Below, piece after piece: positions 26,227 to 32,000 of a stretch of 32,000 nucleotides of DNA. The notes beneath the pieces were generated by a model. The model was not told the DNA's origin, ran no database searches, and saw nothing but the letters and a program-made list of their open reading frames with translations. Each line of letters begins with the position of its first letter. Positions within the stretch are counted from its first letter, which is position 1. The stretch spans positions 30,001 to 62,000 of the forward strand of contig NZ_BCZP01000016.1 in NCBI RefSeq assembly GCF_001598795.1. The letters run 5' to 3'. Origin of the DNA: Delftia acidovorans NBRC 14950. GTDB lineage: Bacteria; Pseudomonadota; Gammaproteobacteria; Burkholderiales; Burkholderiaceae_C. Made by a program: the position numbers and the translations under genes.

Positions 26227-29200
26227 TTAAACCTTTTCCACCTTCACGAGGAAGGTCTTGGATTCCGGGGTAAGGCTGTTGCCATCGCCCACCGATGCCG
26301 TCAGGTTGTTGGCCATGTAGCCCTTGCGGCCCGTCGACGAGAAGCCCCAGTGAATGGGCACGCCCACGTGGTGGATGGTCTTGCCATCGATCTTCATGGG
26401 CTTGATGCGCTTGGTCACCACGGCGGCTGCCTTGACGAAGCCGCGCTTGGAGCTGACCTTCACATGCTGGCCGGTCTCGATGCCCAGTTCCTTGGCCAGC
26501 GCCTCGCCGATTTCCACGAACTGCTCGGGCTGAACGATGTTGTTCAGCTGAACGTGCTTGGTCCAGTAGTGGAAGTGCTCGGTCAGGCGGTACGTCGTGC
26601 CCACGTGCGGGAACTCGCTGGGCGAGCCCGCCGAATCCTTGACGGAGTCGAAGATGCGCGTGGCCGGGTTGATGACCGCCAGCTTGTTGTCGGGATACAT
26701 GGGGTTGTATCCCAGCGGGTTGTCAAAGGCCTCGTAGTGGGTGGGGAACGGTCCCTCGTTCATGCCCTTGCGGGCGAAGAAACGCGCCACGCCCTCGGGG
26801 TTCATGATGAACGGATCGGTGGTCTCCGGCGGCATGGTCGGGCCCATGTCGGGCACGTCGGCACCGCCCCAGGCCTTGCCGTTCCAGCGGATCAGCGTGC
26901 GCTTGGGATCGAACGGCTGGCCGTTGCGGTCGCAGGAGGCGCGGTTGTAGAGCACGCGGCGGTTGGCCGGCCAGGCCCAGGCCCAGTTCAGCGTGTTGCC
27001 TATGCCCGTGGGGTCGCTGTTGTCGCGCCGGGCCATCTGGTTGCCGGACGAGGTCCAGCAGCCTGCCCAGATCCAGCAGCCGCCCATCGTCGTGCCGTCG
27101 TCGCGCATCTCGCCGAAGCCGGCCAGCTGCTCGCCGGCCTTGCGGATGAGCTTGGTCGGATCCTTGGGGTCGAACAGGTCCACCAGCGCGCGGCCGTTGT
27201 ACTCCTTGGCGATCTCTTCCGACGTCGGATGATCGGCATGGGCATAGGGCCACCACAGCTTGGTGATCGGCTCGGGGAACTTGCCGCCGTCCTTCTCGTA
27301 GGCCTGCTTCAGGCGCAGGTGCAGGGCCGACATGATGGCGATGTCGGTCTTGGCCTCGCCCGGGGGCTCGGCCGCCTTCCAGTGCCACTGCAGCACGCGC
27401 GAGGAGCTGACGACGGCGCCGTCTTCCTCGGCAAAGCAGGTCGTGGGCAGGCGGAACACCTCGGTCTGGATCGATGCCGGATCCACGTCGTTGAACTCGC
27501 CGTGGTTCTGCCAGAACTCCGATGTCTCGGTGACCAGCGGGTCCATGATCACCAGGAACTTCAGCTTCTTGAGGCCTTCGCGCACATTGTTGCTGTTCGC
27601 AAGGGCCGCCAGCGGGTTGAAGCCCTGGGCGATGTAGCCGTTGATCTTGCCCTGTGCCATCAGGTCGAACACCTGCAGCATGTCGTACTGCCTGTCCAGC
27701 TTGGGCAGGTAGTTGAAGGCCCAGTTGTTCTCGGCCGTGGCCGCCGGTCCCCACCAGGCCTTCATCAGGCTCACGTGGAACTTGGGCGTGTTCGACCAGT
27801 AGTTCATCTGGCCCGGGCGCATGGCCTTGGGCGTGCGCGCGTCGATGTACTTCTGGTAGTCCTGCTCGCCCTCGTTGGGCAGCGTCAGGTAGCCGGGCAG
27901 CGAGGCAGACAGGATGCCCAGGTCCGTCAGGCCCTGGATGTTGGAGTGCCCGCGCAGCGCGTTCATGCCGCCACCGGCCACGCCTATATTGCCCAGCAGC
28001 AACTGCACCATGGCGCCCGTGCGCAGGATCTGCGCGCCCGTGGTGTGCTGTGTCCAGCCCAGTGCGTACAGGATGGTCGCGACGCGGCCCGGCACGGCGG
28101 TCGATGCCAGCTTCTCGCACACGTGCAGGAATTTTTCCTTGGGCGTGCCGCAGGCGCTCTCCACCTTCTCGGGTGTGTAGCTGGCGTAGTGGCGCTTGAG
28201 CCATTGGTACACGCAGCGCGGATGCTGCAGGCTGGCGTCCACCTTCACGTAGCCGTCGGCGTCGAGCTCATAGTCCCAGCTGGACTTGTCGTATTTGCGT
28301 GTCTGCGGGTCGTAGCCCGAGAAGATGCCTTCGTCGAACGCAAACTCCTCCTTCACGATGTACGAGAAGTCGGTGTAGTTCCTCACGTATTCGTGATGGA
28401 TCTTGTCGTTCGTGAGCAGATAGTTGATCACGCCACCCAGGAACACGATGTCCGAGCCCGACCGGATGGGGGCGTAGAAATCGGCCACGGAGGCGGAGCG
28501 GTTGAAGCGCGGATCGACCACCATGAAGTGCGCACCGTTGTGCTCCTTCGCTTCGGTCACCCACTTGAAACCGCAGGGATGTGCTTCAGCGGCATTGCCG
28601 CCCATGATCAGGATAACGTCCGCGTTCTTGATGTCGACCCAATGGTTCGTCATCGCTCCACGGCCAAACGTCGGGGCAAGACCTGCCACCGTCGGGCCGT
28701 GTCAGACACGTGCTTGGTTATCGAGTGCGAGCAGGCCCCAGGAACGGGCAACCTTGTGTGTGACGTAGCCGGCTTCGTTGCTGGAGGCCGAGGCGGCCAG
28801 CATGCCGGTGGTCAGCCAGCGGTTCACCGTCTGGCCCTTGTCGTTTTGCTCGACGAAGTTCGCGTCGCGATCGTCCTTGAGCAGCTTGGTGATGCGCGTC
28901 AGCGCCTCGTCCCAGGACATGCGCTTCCACTCGTTGGAGCCGGGGGCGCGGTACTCGGGGTACTTCAGGCGGTGCGGGCTGTGGACGAAGTCCAGCAGCG
29001 ATGCGCCCTTGGGGCACAGCGTGCCTCGGTTGACGGGGTGGTCCGGATCGCCCTCGACGTGGATCACCGACAGCTTGGCGTTCTTGGCGCCGTCGCTCAG
29101 CGAATACATCAGGATGCCGCAGCCTACCGAGCAGTAGGTACAGGTCTGGCGGGTGACCGTGGTGGCGGCCAGCTTGAACTGGCGCACTTCAGCCAGGGCG

Positions 29201-29292
29201 GCAGTGGGCGAGAAGCCCATCAACGCCAGGCTGGATCCGGCCAGAGTCGAACCAGTCACTTTCATGAACTGGCGTCTGGAGAATTGGACCAT
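26227..29292 (-). CDS. fdnG: formate dehydrogenase alpha subunit, selenocysteine-containing (about 1021 aa, Tat-exported molybdopterin enzyme)
   Basis: ORFs 28702..29292 and 26227..28689 are one reading frame joined by an in-frame TGA at 28702-28704: ...[30 protein letters not shown], the FdnG/FdoG Sec context. Twin-arginine signal: [35 protein letters not shown]-terminal Fe-S motif: CTYCSVGCG. Confidence 0.93.
28659..28704 (-). promoter_or_regulatory. UGA(Sec) codon plus bacterial SECIS hairpin in fdnG mRNA
   Basis: The mRNA reads UGA CACGGCC CGACGGU GGCA GGUCU UGCC CCGACGUU UGGCCGUG. Lower stem: CACGGCC/GGCCGUG (28695-28701 with 28659-28665). Apical GGCA-GGUCU-UGCC lies at 28675-28687 and resembles the GGUC-loop SECIS of E. 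coli fdhF/fdnG. Confidence 0.75.
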
Positions 29293-29331
29293 GTGGGGTA
29301 CCTTCTAATAGAAATTGACGCTTGTAAGCAA

Positions 29332-29337
29332 ATTCTA
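29332..29337 (-). promoter_or_regulatory. candidate proximal -10 hexamer TAGAAT for fdnG
   Basis: Minus-strand TAGAAT lies 40 nt upstream of the fdnG ATG (29292). This is the same hexamer and spacing as before the genes at 75 and 693. The palindrome CCGGAATCAATCCGG (29348-29362) overlaps the expected -35 position. Confidence 0.3.
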
Positions 29338-29470
29338 CGAGTGCACCCCGGAATCAATCCGGGAAATAACCCTTAATCCTGAGTCGGCCTGTGCGGCATT
29401 CGCGCGCAAGCTCCACGCCAGGCCTTGCTGCGCGGGGCTTGCCGGGGCGCCGCCCGGCGGGATCATCAGT

Positions 29471-29519
29471 TGAAATGATTATCTGGATTCAGGGCTTCGG
29501 ACATTTTGTTTTATATCAA
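29471..29519 (-). promoter_or_regulatory. candidate class-II FNR/CRP-family-dependent promoter for the fdn operon
   Basis: TTGTT-TTAT-ATCAA (29506-29519) matches TTGAT-N4-ATCAA at 9/10 positions. Minus-strand GATAAT (-10) sits at 29483-29478. The centre-to-centre distance is 32 bp, which puts the box at -41.5 relative to a TSS near 29471. Confidence 0.45.
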
Positions 29520-29615
29520 TCCGCCATTCATTGAATGGATGAATGAGCTCGATGAATCCAGGCTATTGCGCGAATGCGATCCATTTGCACCCATTGAATG
29601 CCTGAAAATGGATTT

Positions 29616-29643
29616 CCGGCCCCCGTCCAGAGGGAGGGGCCGG
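29616..29643 (-). terminator. hairpin terminator after the AI-2E transporter gene
   Basis: CCGGCCCC (29616-29623) pairs with GGGGCCGG (29636-29643), 12-nt loop. It lies 8 nt past the stop at 29651. On the minus strand it is followed by AAATCCATTTTC, an imperfect U tract. Confidence 0.5.
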
Positions 29644-29650
29644 AGCAGGC

Positions 29651-30814
29651 TCAGCGTGCCGGCGGGCGCGGATCCTGCGGTGCTTGCTTGAGGTCCATAT
29701 CATCCGATGTCTGATATTCAGCATGCGCCAAACCTGCCTGGGCAAGTTGGCGGCGCTTTTCCTCATCCTGCACTTGCATGCGCGAGAACATGTCCCAGAT
29801 CGCCATGAACAGGGCCGCGATCACGGGGCCTATCACAAAACCCGTCAGTCCGAAGAGAGCCATGCCGCCCAGCGTCGAGATCAGCACGATGTAGTCGGGC
29901 ATCTTCGTGTCCTTGCCCACCAGCAAGGGGCGCAGCACGTTGTCCACCAGTCCGATCACCAGCACGCCGTAGGCGATCAGGATCAGGCCCTTGCCCATGG
30001 CACCGGTGGCCAGGAAGTAGATGGCCACAGGGGCCCAGATCAGGCCAGCGCCCACGGCGGGCAGCAGCGACAGGAAGGCCATCACCACGCCCCACAGCAC
30101 GGGCCCCTGGATGCCCAGAATCCAGAAGATCAGCCCGCCCAGCGCGCCCTGGGCGGCCGCCACGGCCAGGTTCCCCTTGACGGTGGCACGGATCACGGTG
30201 GTGAACTTGCTCGACAGCTCGGCCTTGTGGTCGGCCTGCAGCGGAATCGCCATGCGGATGCGCTGGGTCAGGTCACGGCCGTCGCGCAGCAGGAAGAACA
30301 GCAGATACAGCATCACGCAAAAGCCCACCAGGAAGCCGAACGTGTTCTGGCCTATGCCCAGCGCCTTGGTGGCGGCCAGCTTGGAGGCCTGCATGGCGAT
30401 GCTGGACAGCTTGTCCTGTAGCTCGGCCAGCGAGCCCAGGTGCAACCGCTCCAGCCAGGGTGTGACCCAGGAGGGCAGGGCGTCCATGATCTGTTGCAGA
30501 TAGGTGCCTGCATCCAGGTTGCCGCTGTTGACGCGCTCATAGATCAACGAGGCCTCGCGCACCAGGGAGGCGCCGATCAGCGCCAGCGGCAGGATGGCCA
30601 CGACCAGGCACAGCAGCAGGGTGGACAGGGCGGCGAGATTGGTGCGCCGGGGCATGCGCGCCAGCAGGCGCCGGTGCAGCGGCGAGAACAGGATGGCCAG
30701 GGCGACGCCCCAGAAGATGGCCCCCATGAATTCCCAGAGCACGGCACCGAAGCCTATGGTCGCCGCGATCAGCAGCAGCATGAAAGTGCGTTTGTGTAAG
30801 GGCAGCAGGTTCAT
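29651..30814 (-). CDS. AI-2E family transporter (PerM/UPF0118), 387 aa
   Basis: The 3' part of fused ORF 29651..31972; the 5' part is antisense to sucA. ATG at 30814 (MNLLPLHKRTFMLLLIAATIGFG...). Eight or so TM segments. Typical C-terminal motif: GLVDNVLRPLLVGKDTKMPDYIVLISTLGG. Confidence 0.88.
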   Translation of the reverse strand: MNLLPLHKRTFMLLLIAATIGFGAVLWEFMGAIFWGVALAILFSPLHRRLLARMPRRTNLAALSTLLLCLVVAILPLALIGASLVREASLIYERVNSGNLDAGTYLQQIMDALPSWVTPWLERLHLGSLAELQDKLSSIAMQASKLAATKALGIGQNTFGFLVGFCVMLYLLFFLLRDGRDLTQRIRMAIPLQADHKAELSSKFTTVIRATVKGNLAVAAAQGALGGLIFWILGIQGPVLWGVVMAFLSLLPAVGAGLIWAPVAIYFLATGAMGKGLILIAYGVLVIGLVDNVLRPLLVGKDTKMPDYIVLISTLGGMALFGLTGFVIGPVIAALFMAIWDMFSRMQVQDEEKRRQLAQAGLAHAEYQTSDDMDLKQAPQDPRPPAR

Positions 30815-31045
30815 CTGTCGGTCCGTTCGGAAGATGCGCCAATGTACGCGACTGCGGGAACTCCCGGAGGGTCCAGGTAATCGCTTGGTAACTGCCCTGC
30901 TGCGATGTTTGAACGGTGGCACAATGGCGGTCGCAACCAGGCCCTTCCCCAGCCACAGTCGCATCCGCCAATCGGTACAGCCGTGTCGCGGAAGGTTCCA
31001 CAAACCAGCTAATGCCTCCTTCAGGGAGGCTGAGGTCAGCGCAAT

Positions 31046-32000
31046 ATGAGCGATCAGACGTCGGTCTACCAAGCCTACCAAGGCAATACCTACCTCTTCG
31101 GCGGCAATGCCCCCTACGTCGAAGAAATGTACGAGAACTACCTGGCCAACCCCGGTAGCGTGCCGGATTCCTGGCGCGAGTACTTTGATGCACTGCAACA
31201 TGTGCCCGCAGTCGACGGCACGGACTCCAAGGACGTCCCGCACCAGCCCGTCATCAACGCTTTCGCCGAGCGCGCCAAGCAAGGCGGCACCAAGGTGGTC
31301 GTGGCCTCCGGCGCCGACTCCGAGCTGGGCCGCAAGCGCACCGCCGTCCAGCAGCTGATCGCCGCCTACCGCAATGTCGGCGCACGCTGGGCCGATCTCG
31401 ATCCCCTCAAGCGCACCGAGCGCCCCGAAATTCCCGAGCTGGAGCCGTCGTTCTACGGCTTCACCGATGCCGACCAGGAAACGGTGTTCAACACGAGCAA
31501 CACCTTCTTCGGCAAGGAAAGCATGTCGCTGCGCGAGCTGATGAACGCGCTGCGCGAGACCTACTGCGGCACCCTGGGCACCGAGTACATGTATGCCACC
31601 GACCAGACGCAAAAGCGCTGGTGGCAGCAAAAGCTGGAAACCAGCCGTACCAAGCCCAGCTTTGACGCCAACCAGAAAAAGCGCATCCTCGACCGCCTGA
31701 CGGCTGCCGAAGGCCTGGAACGCTACCTGCACACCAAGTACGTCGGCCAAAAGCGCTTCTCGCTGGAAGGTGGCGAAAGCTTCATCGTCGCCATGGACGA
31801 GCTGATCAACGCTGCCGGCCAGAAGGGCGTGCAGGAAGTCGTGATCGGCATGGCCCACCGCGGCCGCCTGAACGTGCTGGTCAACACCCTGGGCAAGATG
31901 CCCAAGGACCTGTTCGCCGAGTTCGATCACACCGCTCCCGAAGATCTGCCCTCGGGCGACGTGAAGTACCACCAGGGCTTCAGCTCCGATGTGTCCACCG
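31046..32000 (+). CDS. sucA: 2-oxoglutarate dehydrogenase E1 component, 5' part (runs off the window)
   Basis: Not in the ORF track because there is no stop in the window. My hand translation from the ATG at 31046 (GAGG 10 nt upstream) gives MSDQTSVYQAYQGNTYLFGGNAPYVEEMYENYLANPGSVPDSWREYF... It continues ...LHTKYVGQKRFSLEGGES...IGMAHRGRLNVLVN...GDVKYHQGFSSD, the classic SucA N-terminal and TPP-domain motifs. Confidence 0.9.
   Translation, partial: MSDQTSVYQAYQGNTYLFGGNAPYVEEMYENYLANPGSVPDSWREYFDALQHVPAVDGTDSKDVPHQPVINAFAERAKQGGTKVVVASGADSELGRKRTAVQQLIAAYRNVGARWADLDPLKRTERPEIPELEPSFYGFTDADQETVFNTSNTFFGKESMSLRELMNALRETYCGTLGTEYMYATDQTQKRWWQQKLETSRTKPSFDANQKKRILDRLTAAEGLERYLHTKYVGQKRFSLEGGESFIVAMDELINAAGQKGVQEVVIGMAHRGRLNVLVNTLGKMPKDLFAEFDHTAPEDLPSGDVKYHQGFSSDVST

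Noticed and set aside
26227-29292. The formate dehydrogenase alpha subunit read as a disrupted gene or pseudogene (two ORFs, 28702..29292 and 26227..28689).
   Set aside because: The interruption is a single in-frame TGA at the canonical Sec position. It is followed by a SECIS hairpin, and selA, selB, selC and selD are adjacent. This is recoding, not decay.
29471-29490. Fur-box-like string GAAATGATTATC upstream of fdnG.
   Set aside because: It matches only about half of a 19-bp Fur box. It is better explained as the GATAAT -10 element that sits exactly 32 bp from the FNR-type box.
29506-29691. The 61-aa plus-strand ORF in the fdnG upstream region.
   Set aside because: It has a TTG start, no SD and AT-rich codons, and it overlaps the terminator and stop of the AI-2E gene. 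The region is better explained as promoter and operator DNA.
1-32000. CRISPR arrays, insertion sequences, prophage genes, toxin-antitoxin pairs or known defence systems.
   Set aside because: I looked for regularly spaced repeats, terminal inverted repeats, transposase, integrase or recombinase motifs and small paired ORFs. I found none that I can support. The only dispersed repeats are the REP-like pair and the MCP paralogue block.

Overview
High-GC chromosomal segment with strong GC3 bias in the real genes. Protein motifs and gene order suggest a Burkholderiales/Comamonadaceae-type betaproteobacterium; that is inference only. I call 25 protein genes, one of them 3'-truncated, plus tRNA-Sec. 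I see no rRNA, CRISPR, transposase, integrase or recognisable defence genes.

Right half, minus strand: a complete selenoprotein formate dehydrogenase module. It runs fdnG (in-frame UGA plus SECIS), beta subunit, gamma subunit, fdhE, selA, selB, selC. selD lies 3.4 kb further on, separated by a GNAT gene and a yfiR-yfiN-yfiB (c-di-GMP) operon. An AI-2E transporter and the 5' part of sucA close the window.

Left half: a GNAT and a divergent MurA-family enolpyruvyl transferase. Then an AmrZ/Arc-like RHH regulator divergent from an unknown 130-aa protein, and csbD. Next come two GGDEF cyclase / MCP pairs that bracket a low-GC H-NS-family gene, followed by an Lrp/AsnC regulator and a lipoprotein Ntn-hydrolase (AHL/penicillin acylase family).

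I do not see a convincing novel multi-gene system. Most of the window is ordinary core-type gene content, and the long antisense ORFs in the track are high-GC artefacts. The unexplained signals worth a second look are mostly non-coding:
- an orphan minus-strand transcription unit with its own strong terminator and an 18-nt CU-rich tract (candidate sRNA, 6529-6916)
- an ~800-bp low-GC gap beside hns
- a class-II FNR-type promoter geometry with an upstream heptamer array in front of fdnG
- a REP-like double-hairpin repeat present twice inside the fdh-sel operon
- a perfect 16-bp direct repeat upstream of csbD
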